The position numbers were made by a program, and so were the translations under genes. A DNA stretch of 10,369 nucleotides, from the IMG/VR virus record IMGVR_UViG_2675903352_000018, positions 1-10,369 of that record; one strand, given 5' to 3'. Shown here one piece after another: positions 1 to 6,463 of this stretch (position 1 is its first letter; every line of letters begins with the position of its first letter). The stretch comes from a virus. Its lineage: Duplodnaviria > Heunggongvirae > Uroviricota > Caudoviricetes. Below the pieces are notes generated by a model that ran no database searches, had not been told where the DNA came from, and worked only from the letters and a program-made list of their open reading frames with translations.

Positions 1-495
1 AGTGGTGATCTCCTTGAAATTGTTAGCACAATCAATTAGATCACATCTCACTATGCCTGTCTTGTTTTCTGGGGATTCCTCAGGGGATTTTCCCTCGTTT
101 TGAGGGATGTCCCTCATTTTAGGGGAACCTCCCTCGTTTTGAGGGATGCACCATTCTGAGATGTTTTTATTTGGTCCAAACATGCCGCCTTGCTGCTTGA
201 TAATATTCATTCTGACGAGTTCTAACTTGGCTTCATTGCACCGTTTGACAGGTAACTTTGTAATCTCGCTAAGTTGAGAATCGGTGATTCTGTCCATTGG
301 TTTATTCCACCCATAGGTTTTACGCAGAATGGCAAGCAGCACTTTAAACTGTCGCTTGGTCAGATCTGCGCCTGAATAAGCCTCAATCAGCATATTTGAT
401 AGTCTGGCGTAACCATCATCGAGATCTGCCACATTACGCTCCTGTTCGGCAAAGTTACCTCTGCCGAAGTTGAGTATTTTTGCTGTATTTGTCAT
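1..495 (-). CDS. O: Replication initiator protein O, N-terminal portion (partial; continues beyond window start)
   Basis: Minus-strand frame from ATG at 495..493, preceded by AGGAG, reads MTNTAKILNFGRGNFAEQERNVADLDDGYARLSNMLIEAYSGADLTKRQFKVLLAILRKTYGWNKPMDRITDSQLSEITKLPVKRCNEAKLELVRMNIIKQQGGMFGPNKNISEWCIPQNEG... and stays open to position 1. I recognise this as lambda O from memory. It is absent from the ORF track because it runs off the window edge. Confidence 0.9.
   Translation of the reverse strand, partial: MTNTAKILNFGRGNFAEQERNVADLDDGYARLSNMLIEAYSGADLTKRQFKVLLAILRKTYGWNKPMDRITDSQLSEITKLPVKRCNEAKLELVRMNIIKQQGGMFGPNKNISEWCIPQNEGGSPKMRDIPQNEGKSPEESPENKTGIVRCDLIDCANNFKEITT
71..146. repeat. 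ori-lambda type iterons (four ~17-bp palindromic repeats) inside the O coding region
   Basis: ggggattcctcagggga (71..87), tccctcgttttgaggga (91..107), tccctcattttagggga (110..126), tccctcgttttgaggga (130..146). Lambda ori lies inside O and consists of O-binding iterons of this TCCCTC..GAGGGA form. Confidence 0.85.
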
Positions 496-527
496 AATGA
501 CTCCTGTGGATTGATCCAGTAATTCCC

Positions 528-824
528 TCAGAATTGCATATCAATTTGCTTAGAGTCCCCGGCGGCCACCGGGGATTTTTTCTTTGTGATTTCATCAAGC
601 GCATACTTAAAAGCCCTGCTAATCGGACTGATGTCTGATGCCATTCCGAAAGCACACAAGACCGAAGCAATAAATCTCCAGTCCGTTCTGCTTATCTTCG
701 ATTCATGACAGCCAATCATCTTTGCCAGACCGCGCTGGGTAAGCGTTGACAGGTTGATGAGTAAATCTGTTTCTGCGCGATCAATTTCTCGCTGTGTTAG
801 CTTGCTGTAACTTGCTTGTGCCAT
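528..824 (-). CDS. cII: CII-family transcriptional activator (lambda CII / P22 C1 analogue)
   Basis: 98-aa ORF between cro and O on the same strand. Same length class and architecture as lambda CII, with a conserved C-terminus (..KKSPVAAGDSKQIDMQF here, ..KKRPAATERSEQIQMEF in lambda). Confidence 0.85.
   Translation of the reverse strand: MAQASYSKLTQREIDRAETDLLINLSTLTQRGLAKMIGCHESKISRTDWRFIASVLCAFGMASDISPISRAFKYALDEITKKKSPVAAGDSKQIDMQF
802..815 (+). promoter_or_regulatory. Candidate P_RE -35 region: CII-binding tetrad repeat TTGC-N6-TTGC
   Basis: ttgctgtaacttgc at 802..815, overlapping the start of the cII coding region and oriented toward cI, as for lambda P_RE. No -10 element was mapped confidently. 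Confidence 0.5.
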
Positions 825-887
825 TTGTTAATTTTCCTATATTGATATATAGCGGCACACCCAGTGGATTTGCCGCTGATGTTTGCT

Positions 888-926
888 CACCCGGTTAGAG
901 GTGAAAGGCCAGAACTGTTAAAGAGC
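888..926 (-). promoter_or_regulatory. nutR site (boxA plus boxB hairpin) between cro and cII
   Basis: On the minus strand: boxA GCTCTTTAA (plus coordinates 918..926), then boxB hairpin TCACCTCTAACCGGGTGA (888..905) with loop CTAACC. The same boxA and loop recur at nutL. A further palindrome agcggca..tgccgct (851..877) lies downstream and may be part of tR1. Confidence 0.6.
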
Positions 927-933
927 AATTTAC

Positions 934-1119
934 TTATGCCGCTTGGCGGTAAGCACTTTCTTGATACTTCAGAGCGCCAGCTGTAACGATTTCCAATCGA
1001 TAGGCGTCTTTCTCTGGGATAACTTCTTTCCACTGAGAGACTGCTGCATCGCTAATGCCTAGTGCTTTAGCAACAGCACGCTGGGTTCCGAAGTGGTCAA
1101 TAACATCTTTTTTGTACAT
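934..1119 (-). CDS. cro: Cro repressor (P22 Cro-like)
   Basis: 61-aa ORF divergent from cI, MYKKDVIDHFGTQRAVAKALGISDAAVSQWKEV... with an HTH motif. Matches P22 Cro as I recall it. Confidence 0.9.
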   Translation of the reverse strand: MYKKDVIDHFGTQRAVAKALGISDAAVSQWKEVIPEKDAYRLEIVTAGALKYQESAYRQAA

Positions 1120-1131
1120 AGACTCGCTCCG

Positions 1132-1199
1132 AAATTAAAGAACACTTAAATTATCCACCAAAGGAATCTTAAGCCAAGTTTATTTAAGATGTCTTAACT
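1132..1199. promoter_or_regulatory. O_R operator region with divergent P_R / P_RM
   Basis: 18-bp P22-type operators built from ATTTAAG/CTTAAAT half-sites: attaaagaacacttaaat (1134..1151) next to cro, atttaagatgtcttaact (1182..1199) abutting the cI ATG, and a CTTAAG-centred site between them. A P_R -10 GATAAT lies on the minus strand at 1150..1155. The last operator directly abuts the cI ATG with no room for a Shine-Dalgarno, which suggests a leaderless cI mRNA as in lambda. Confidence 0.7.
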
Positions 1200-1850
1200 A
1201 TGAATACACAACTGATGGGTGAGCGTATTCGCGCTCGCAGAAAAGAACTCAAGATTAGGCAGGCTGCCCTTGGCAAGATGGTTGGCGTGTCTAATGTTGC
1301 TATTTCCCAATGGGAGCGATCTGAAACTGAGCCCAATGGCGAAAACCTATTGGCCTTAGCCAAGGCTTTGCAGTGCTCCCCTGATTACCTGTTGAAAGGA
1401 GAGGATAGTCTTTCAAACATTGCCTATCACAGCAGGCATGATCCAAGAGGTTCGTATCCTCTAATTAGTTGGGTAAGCGCAGGATGTTGGATGGAAGCTG
1501 TAGAGCCATATCATAGGCGTGCAATAGATAACTGGTACGACACAACGGTAGATTGTTCTGAAGACTCTTTTTGGCTCGACGTTAAAGGTGATTCAATGAC
1601 TGCCCCGGCAGGACTGAGTATTCCTGAAGGGATGATTATTCTCGTCGACCCAGAAGTCGAACCACGTAATGGAAAGCTGGTAGTCGCCAAACTTGAAGGA
1701 GAAAACGAGGCGACATTCAAAAAGTTAGTTATTGATGCCGGTAGAAAATTCCTGAAACCACTCAATCCACAATACCCAATGATTGAAATCAATGGGAACT
1801 GTAAAATCATTGGCGTTGTCGTTGATGCCAAGCTAGCAAACCTTCCTTAA
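1200..1850 (+). CDS. cI: CI-type repressor (HTH N-terminal domain plus LexA/S24-like autocleavage domain); P22 C2-like
   Basis: 216 aa. N-terminus MNTQLMGERIRARRKELKIRQAALGKMVGVSNVAISQWERSETEPNG matches P22 C2 as I recall it. The C-terminal domain has the GDSM serine motif (FWLDVKGDSMTAPAG) and a catalytic-lysine region (ATFKKL). Confidence 0.95.
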   Translation: MNTQLMGERIRARRKELKIRQAALGKMVGVSNVAISQWERSETEPNGENLLALAKALQCSPDYLLKGEDSLSNIAYHSRHDPRGSYPLISWVSAGCWMEAVEPYHRRAIDNWYDTTVDCSEDSFWLDVKGDSMTAPAGLSIPEGMIILVDPEVEPRNGKLVVAKLEGENEATFKKLVIDAGRKFLKPLNPQYPMIEINGNCKIIGVVVDAKLANLP

Positions 1851-1872
1851 GGGGCTTTCGCCCCTTTTTTAT
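1851..1872 (+). terminator. Rho-independent terminator after cI
   Basis: ggggc-tttc-gcccc stem-loop followed by TTTTTT immediately after the cI stop. Confidence 0.7.
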
Positions 1873-1938
1873 TTCCCGTTAAAAATCAAAGACAAACTAA
1901 ATTCGCGCCCATAAAATTAAGTTTTCTTCAAAATGCAC

Positions 1939-1967
1939 TTGACCAAAAATTAAGAGATCTTAAATTT
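1939..1967 (+). promoter_or_regulatory. P_L promoter with overlapping O_L operator
   Basis: -35 TTGACC at 1939..1944, about 17 bp spacer, then an A/T-rich -10 (taaatt). An 18-bp palindromic operator aattaagagatcttaaat (1948..1965) overlaps the spacer. A further operator-like site lies near 1913..1934. Confidence 0.6.
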
Positions 1968-2012
1968 AAGCCGTCAGCAGGAGGCTGGAAGCCAAACGGA
2001 ACAGATTGGCAG

Positions 2013-2052
2013 GCTCTTTAACATCGACGAACTCTCAACCTAACCGTTGAGA
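2013..2052 (+). promoter_or_regulatory. nutL site (boxA plus boxB hairpin)
   Basis: boxA gctctttaa (2013..2021). boxB hairpin tctcaac-ctaacc-gttgaga (2033..2052) has the same CUAACC loop as nutR. Sits between pL and N as in lambda. Confidence 0.6.
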
Positions 2053-2162
2053 CCAGAACTTGAGTGGTTTTGGGGATGGCGCGAATTGCAGCTGCAAGAC
2101 AGCGATCGAGAAGATAAGCACCTCGACGCGTCATGCGCCAAAGCCACTTAAAGGAGACCATC

Positions 2163-2468
2163 ATGGTAACCATTGTCTGGAAAGAATCCAAAGGTACGGC
2201 AAAAAGCCGCTACAAAGCTCGCAGAGCAGAACTTATTGCCGAGCGACGCAGTAATGAAGCACTGGCGCGAAAAATTGCGCTAAAGCTCTCTGGTTGCGTC
2301 AGAGCAGACAAAGCAGCATCACTAGGAAGCCTTTGCTGCAAGAAGAAAGAAGAAGTTGTTCGAAAAAATAGAAGTATTTATTACAAGGATTCAAACCCAT
2401 TAGGAAACAAAATACATGCAGTCCAAAAAATAAAATTGTACAGTAAACTACCGTACGGTGCTTATTGA
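2163..2468 (+). CDS. N: N-family transcription antiterminator (phi21-type arginine-rich motif) with a chimeric C-terminus created by the insertion at 2386
   Basis: RBS aaggag (2151..2156) then ATG at 2163. MVTIVWKESKGTAKSRYKARRAELIAERR contains the phi21 N boxB-binding ARM as I recall it. The track's upstream ATG at 2133 lacks an RBS. The last 27 codons lie inside the AT-rich insert. Confidence 0.85.
   Translation: MVTIVWKESKGTAKSRYKARRAELIAERRSNEALARKIALKLSGCVRADKAASLGSLCCKKKEEVVRKNRSIYYKDSNPLGNKIHAVQKIKLYSKLPYGAY
2376..2385. repeat. Left copy of 10-bp direct repeat ATTTATTACA flanking the insert in N
   Basis: Identical 10-mer at 2376..2385 and 2848..2857. Deleting one copy plus the intervening 462 bp restores an uninterrupted N reading frame. 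Confidence 0.8.
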
Positions 2469-2470
2469 GT

Positions 2471-2809
2471 ATGCTTATGGTGAAAAAGACTATTTATGTT
2501 AATCCTGACCGCGGACAAAACAGAAAAGTATCTGATAGAGGTCTTACATCTCGAGACAGGAGGAGAATAGCGAGATGGGAAAAGAGGATAGCATATGCAT
2601 TAAAAAACGGTGTAACACCTGGATTTAATGCTATAGATGACGGTCCTGAATATAAGATTAATGAAGACCCAATGGACAAAGTTGACAAAGCATTAGCAAC
2701 ACCATTTCCTCGCGATGTCGAAAAAATTGAAGATGAAAAATATGAGGATGTAATGCACAGAGTTGTTAATCACGCTCACCAACGAAATCCAAATAAAAAA
2801 TGGTCATAG
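2471..2809 (+). CDS. Hypothetical protein encoded inside the AT-rich insert (moron); no recognisable family
   Basis: ATG at 2471 lies 2 nt after the N stop (tgagtATG), so it is translationally coupled. 112 aa: basic N-terminal half (KVSDRGLTSRDRRRIARWEKR), acidic C-terminal half (EDPMDKVDK...DVEKIEDEKYED). Followed directly by an intrinsic terminator. The alternative start at ATG 2477 is not excluded. Confidence 0.6.
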   Translation: MLMVKKTIYVNPDRGQNRKVSDRGLTSRDRRRIARWEKRIAYALKNGVTPGFNAIDDGPEYKINEDPMDKVDKALATPFPRDVEKIEDEKYEDVMHRVVNHAHQRNPNKKWS

Positions 2810-2829
2810 CCCACTTCGGTGGGTTTTTT
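2810..2829 (+). terminator. Rho-independent terminator at the 3' end of the insert
   Basis: cccac-ttcg-gtggg stem-loop followed by TTTTTT, one nt after the stop of the 2471..2809 ORF. Confidence 0.7.
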
Positions 2830-2847
2830 ATTGGCTGAACTAACCGA

Positions 2848-2934
2848 ATTTATTACAGCAAGCCACGCAGTGAAATGGGTGTGACTTGTGTTGGTCGCCA
2901 GAAAATGAAATTAGGCAGCAAACCACTTATTTGA
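2848..2934 (+). pseudogene. N: Displaced original 3' end of N (right direct-repeat copy plus last ~27 codons)
   Basis: Reads ..IYYSKPRSEMGVTCVGRQKMKLGSKPLI then stop, closely resembling the lambda N C-terminus (..YSKPGERGITCSGRQKIKGKSIPLI). It is in frame with N 2163..2385 once the insert is removed, and has no start codon of its own. Confidence 0.75.
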
Positions 2935-2942
2935 GGTGAGAT

Positions 2943-3413
2943 ATGACAAAATCATGGAGCGTACCTTTTCCTGAATCAGAAACTGAACATGATGGAATGC
3001 CTGTTTTCTGGAGATTCCAGGCGACAGTTGAAGAAGATGGGATAAAAATATTCGCACTTCAATATATAGCTTTTCATCAGACAGAGCATTATGCATGGTT
3101 GGTTCCTGCGCATTGGATTGTTAATTTTAAACCAGCACCAAATCAGTGGTTACAGGAATGGAAACAAAGGAGAAATAGATATGCAATTAAGAAAGTAGCA
3201 AAAAATGCAGAAAGATCTTTTGCATTCCCAACGAAGAAACTTGCCATTGAGAGTTTATTGCGCCGGAAGAAATACCATTTAATGAGAATCAAACAAGATT
3301 TGGCTGTTGTATCAACTCTTGTTGATGGGATGAAGAATATTGATACATCAACACCAGATATTGAATATAACTTTGGGCACAACCAAGAAACAGAAAATTG
3401 GGTATTTTATTAG
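2943..3413 (+). CDS. Hypothetical protein at the N-proximal accessory position (where lambda has ral/sieB)
   Basis: 156-aa ORF with RBS gaggtga 5 nt upstream of the ATG, starting 9 nt after the original N stop. Soluble-looking, Trp-rich N-terminus, basic central segment (KQRRNRYAIKKVAKN..RRKKYHLMRIK). No family recognised. Confidence 0.7.
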   Translation: MTKSWSVPFPESETEHDGMPVFWRFQATVEEDGIKIFALQYIAFHQTEHYAWLVPAHWIVNFKPAPNQWLQEWKQRRNRYAIKKVAKNAERSFAFPTKKLAIESLLRRKKYHLMRIKQDLAVVSTLVDGMKNIDTSTPDIEYNFGHNQETENWVFY

Positions 3414-3427
3414 TACGAGTAAGCACT

Positions 3428-3455
3428 GTGTATTCATTCCAACGAGTGAATACAC
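3428..3455. repeat. Perfect 9-bp inverted repeat with 10-nt spacer in the intergenic region
   Basis: gtgtattca-ttccaacgag-tgaatacac. Could be an RNA hairpin or a protein-binding palindrome. Confidence 0.4.
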
Positions 3456-3517
3456 GGAGCAATGTCGCTCGTAACTAAACAGGAGCCGACTTGTTCTGAT
3501 TATTGGAAATCTTCTTT

Positions 3518-3545
3518 GCCCTCTAATGTGAGGGCGATTTTTTTC
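3518..3545 (+). terminator. Rho-independent terminator upstream of ea10
   Basis: gccctc-taatgt-gagggc stem-loop followed by gatttttttctg. Confidence 0.65.
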
Positions 3546-3562
3546 TGTGAGGATATGAACAG

Positions 3563-3931
3563 ATGTCAAACATCAAAAAATACATCATTGATTACGACTG
3601 GAAAGCATCAATAGAAATTGAAATCGACCATGACTTAATGACAGAGGAAAAACTTCACCAGATTAATAATTTCTGGTCAGACTCTGAATACCGACTCAAT
3701 AAACACGGCTCTGTATTAAATGCTGTATTAATCATGCTGGCGCAACATGCTCTGCTTATAGCAATTTCAAGCGACTTAAATGCATATGGTGTTGTGTGTG
3801 AGTTCGACTGGAATGATGGAAATGGTCAGGAAGGATGGCCTCCAATGGATGGTAGCGAAGGAATAAGAATTACCGATATCGATACATCAGGAATATTTGA
3901 TCCAGATGATATGACTATCAAAGCCGCCTGA
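3563..3931 (+). CDS. ea10: Ea10-like protein (lambda ea10 homologue)
   Basis: 122 aa, MSNIKKYIIDYDWKASIEIEIDHDLMTEEKLHQINNFWSDSEYRL... Matches lambda Ea10 in length and sequence as I recall it, and occupies the lambda position just upstream of cIII. Confidence 0.8.
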   Translation: MSNIKKYIIDYDWKASIEIEIDHDLMTEEKLHQINNFWSDSEYRLNKHGSVLNAVLIMLAQHALLIAISSDLNAYGVVCEFDWNDGNGQEGWPPMDGSEGIRITDIDTSGIFDPDDMTIKAA

Positions 3932-4003
3932 GCGCGGCGTTACCGCATACCAATTACGCTTCACTCGAGGCGTTTTTCGTTATGTATAAATAAGGAGCAC
4001 ACC

Positions 4004-4168
4004 ATGCAATATGCCATTGCAGGGTGGCCTGTTGCTGGCTGCCCTTCCAAATCTTTACTTGAACGAATTACCCGTAAATTACGTGACGGATGGAAACGCC
4101 TTATCGACATACTTAATCAGCCAGGAGTCCCGAAAAATGGATCAAACAATTATGGCTATCCAGACTAA
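4004..4168 (+). CDS. cIII: CIII protein (FtsH inhibitor that stabilises CII)
   Basis: RBS taaggag (3991..3997). Translation [54 protein letters not shown] (54 aa) is nearly identical to lambda CIII as recalled. Below the ORF-track length cutoff. Confidence 0.9.
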   Translation: MQYAIAGWPVAGCPSKSLLERITRKLRDGWKRLIDILNQPGVPKNGSNNYGYPD

Positions 4169-4301
4169 ATTCACTATCGCCACTTTTATTGGCGATGAAA
4201 AGATGTTTCGTGAGGCCGTCGACGCTTATAAAAAATGGATATTAATACAGAAACTGAGATCAAGCAAAAGCATTCACTACCCCCCTTTCCTGTTTTCCTA
4301 A
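4137..4301 (+). CDS. kil: Kil (host cell-division inhibitor), extended relative to lambda
   Basis: ATG at 4137 overlaps the cIII 3' end by 32 nt, as in lambda. [47 protein letters not shown]... The track ORF 4011..4301 is the same frame with a spurious upstream extension. Here the frame runs to 54 codons, against 47 for lambda Kil as recalled. Confidence 0.8.
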   Translation: MDQTIMAIQTKFTIATFIGDEKMFREAVDAYKKWILIQKLRSSKSIHYPPFLFS

Positions 4302-4355
4302 TCAGCCTGGCATTTCGCGGGCGATATTTTCACAGCCATTTTCAGGAGTTCAGCC

Positions 4356-4652
4356 ATGAACGCTTATTACATTCAGGATCGTCTTGAGGCTCAGAGCTGG
4401 GCGCGTCACTACCAGCAGATCGCCCGTGAAGAGAAAGAGGCAGAACTGGCAGACGACATGGAAAAAGGCCTGCCCCAGCACCTGTTTGAATCGCTATGCA
4501 TCGATCATTTGCAACGCCACGGGGCCAGCAAAAAAGCCATTACCCGTGCGTTTGATGACGATGTTGAGTTTCAGGAACGCATGGCAGAACACATCCGGTA
4601 CATGGTTGAAACCATTGCTCACCACCAGGTTGATATTGATTCAGAGGTATAA
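4356..4652 (+). CDS. gam: Gam (RecBCD inhibitor), short GamS form
   Basis: 98 aa, [60 protein letters not shown]... essentially identical to lambda GamS. RBS aggag upstream. Confidence 0.95.
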   Translation: MNAYYIQDRLEAQSWARHYQQIAREEKEAELADDMEKGLPQHLFESLCIDHLQRHGASKKAITRAFDDDVEFQERMAEHIRYMVETIAHHQVDIDSEV

Positions 4653-4657
4653 AACGG

Positions 4658-5443
4658 ATGAGTACAGCACTCGCAACGCTGGCTGGGAAGCTGGCTGAAC
4701 GTGTCGGCATGGATTCTGTCGACCCACAGGAACTGATCACCACTCTTCGCCAGACGGCATTTAAAGGTGATGCCAGCGATGCGCAGTTCATCGCATTGCT
4801 GATCGTCGCCAACCAGTACGGCCTTAATCCGTGGACGAAAGAAATTTACGCCTTCCCTGATAAGCAGAACGGCATCGTTCCGGTGGTGGGCGTTGATGGC
4901 TGGTCCCGCATCATCAACGAAAACCAGCAGTTTGATGGCATGGACTTTGAGCAGGACAATGAATCCTGCACATGCCGGATTTACCGCAAGGACCGTAATC
5001 ATCCGATCTGCGTTACCGAGTGGATGGATGAATGCCGCCGCGAACCATTCAAAACCCGCGAAGGCAGAGAAATCACGGGGCCGTGGCAGTCGCATCCCAA
5101 ACGGATGTTACGTCATAAAGCCATGATTCAGTGTGCCCGTCTCGCCTTCGGATTTGCTGGTATCTATGACAAGGATGAAGCCGAGCGCATTGTCGAAAAT
5201 ACCGCATACACTGCAGAACGTCAGCCGGAACGCGACATCACTCCGGTTAACGATGAAACCATGCAGGAAATTAACACTCTGCTGATCGCCCTGGATAAAA
5301 CATGGGATGACGACTTATTGCCGCTCTGTTCCCAGATATTTCGCCGCGACATTCGTGCATCGTCAGAACTGACACAGGCCGAAGCAGTAAAAGCTCTTGG
5401 ATTCCTGAAACAAAAAGCCACTGAACAGAAGGTGGCAGCATGA
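4658..5443 (+). CDS. bet: Bet (Red-beta single-strand annealing recombinase)
   Basis: 261 aa, [68 protein letters not shown]... matches lambda Beta in sequence and length. Confidence 0.97.
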   Translation: MSTALATLAGKLAERVGMDSVDPQELITTLRQTAFKGDASDAQFIALLIVANQYGLNPWTKEIYAFPDKQNGIVPVVGVDGWSRIINENQQFDGMDFEQDNESCTCRIYRKDRNHPICVTEWMDECRREPFKTREGREITGPWQSHPKRMLRHKAMIQCARLAFGFAGIYDKDEAERIVENTAYTAERQPERDITPVNDETMQEINTLLIALDKTWDDDLLPLCSQIFRRDIRASSELTQAEAVKALGFLKQKATEQKVAA

Positions 5444-6117
5444 CACCGGACATTATCCTGCAGCGTACTGGGATCGACGTGAGAGCTGTCGAACAGGGAG
5501 ATGATGCGTGGCACAAATTACGGCTCGGCGTCATCACAGCTTCAGAAATTCACAACGTAATAGCAAAACCCCGATCAGGAAAGAAGTGGCCTGACATGAA
5601 AATGTCCTACTTCCACACCCTGCTGGCTGAGGTTTGCACCGGTGTGGCTCCGGAAGTTAACGCTAAGGCTCTGGCCTGGGGAAAACAGTACGAGAACGAC
5701 GCCAGAACCCTCTTTGAGTTCACTTCCGGCGTGAATGTTACTGAATCCCCGATCATCTATCGCGACGAAAGTATGCGCACCGCCTGCTCTCCCGATGGTT
5801 TATGCAGTGACGGCAACGGCCTTGAGCTGAAATGCCCGTTTACCTCCCGGGATTTCATGAAGTTCCGGCTCGGTGGTTTCGAGGCCATAAAATCGGCTTA
5901 CATGGCCCAGGTGCAGTACAGCATGTGGGTGACACGAAAAGATGCCTGGTACTTTGCCAACTATGACCCGCGCATGAAGCGTGAAGGCCTGCATTATGTC
6001 GTGATTGAGCGGAATGAAAAGTACATGGCGAGTTTTGACGAGATGGTGCCGGAGTTCATCGAAAAAATGGACGAGGCACTGGCTGAAATTGGTTTTGTAT
6101 ATGGGGAGCAATGGTAA
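5440..6117 (+). CDS. exo: Exo (Red-alpha 5'-3' dsDNA exonuclease)
   Basis: 225 aa, [36 protein letters not shown]... matches lambda exonuclease. Start overlaps the bet stop (ATGA). Confidence 0.97.
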   Translation: MTPDIILQRTGIDVRAVEQGDDAWHKLRLGVITASEIHNVIAKPRSGKKWPDMKMSYFHTLLAEVCTGVAPEVNAKALAWGKQYENDARTLFEFTSGVNVTESPIIYRDESMRTACSPDGLCSDGNGLELKCPFTSRDFMKFRLGGFEAIKSAYMAQVQYSMWVTRKDAWYFANYDPRMKREGLHYVVIERNEKYMASFDEMVPEFIEKMDEALAEIGFVYGEQW

Positions 6118-6299
6118 TGAAGCATCCTCACGATAATATCCGGGTAGGCACGATCACTTTCGTCTACTCCGTTACAAAGCGAGGCTGGGTATTTCCCGGC
6201 CTTTCTGTTATCCGAAATCCACTGAAAGCACAGCGGCTGGCTGAGGAGATAAATAATAAACGGGAGGCGATATGCACAAAGCATCTCCTGTTAAGTTAA
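6111..6299 (+). CDS. orf60a: Lambda orf60a-like small protein
   Basis: (MV)[49 protein letters not shown]... matches lambda orf60a as recalled. The true start may be ATG 6117, overlapping the exo stop. Confidence 0.8.
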   Translation: MVMKHPHDNIRVGTITFVYSVTKRGWVFPGLSVIRNPLKAQRLAEEINNKREAICTKHLLLS

Positions 6300-6463
6300 G
6301 AACGAGTATTGAGATGGCACATAGCCTTGCTCAAATTGGAGTCAGGTTTGTGCCAATACCAGTAGAAACAGACGAAGAATTTCATACGTTAGCCACATCT
6401 CTTTCACAAAAGCTGGAAATGATGGCGGCGAAAGCAGAAGCAAACGAGAGGGACCCGGCATGA
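6272..6463 (+). CDS. orf63: Lambda orf63-like small protein
   Basis: 63 aa, [51 protein letters not shown]... matches lambda orf63 as recalled. Confidence 0.8.
   Translation: MHKASPVKLRTSIEMAHSLAQIGVRFVPIPVETDEEFHTLATSLSQKLEMMAAKAEANERDPA

Noticed and set aside
455-670. 71-aa minus-strand ORF spanning the cII/O junction
   Set aside because: It is an alternate frame overlapping both the cII 3' end and the start of O, which are each well supported.
1511-1831. 106-aa minus-strand ORF antisense to cI
   Set aside because: It lies entirely within the repressor gene on the opposite strand and has a low-complexity Ser/Thr-rich translation, so it is a shadow ORF.
2133-2162. Upstream ATG at 2133 offered by the ORF track as the N start
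   Set aside because: There is no Shine-Dalgarno before 2133, whereas AAGGAG sits 6 nt before ATG 2163, and the recognisable N ARM begins just after 2163.
1851-2162. Possible defense cargo between cI and N, where lambda carries rexAB
   Set aside because: The interval holds only the cI terminator, pL/oL and nutL, with no open reading frame of credible size.
2060-2254. 64-aa plus-strand ORF in the N leader overlapping the N start
   Set aside because: It lies across nutL and the N ribosome-binding site, has no RBS of its own and overlaps the well-supported N frame, so it is most likely a chance ORF.
2494-3569. Minus-strand ORFs in the accessory island (2494..2688, 2911..3096, 3143..3382, 3348..3569) as a possible opposite-strand sieB-like gene
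   Set aside because: Each overlaps a better-supported plus-strand ORF with a proper start context, and none has a convincing RBS. A real antisense gene cannot be fully excluded without expression data.
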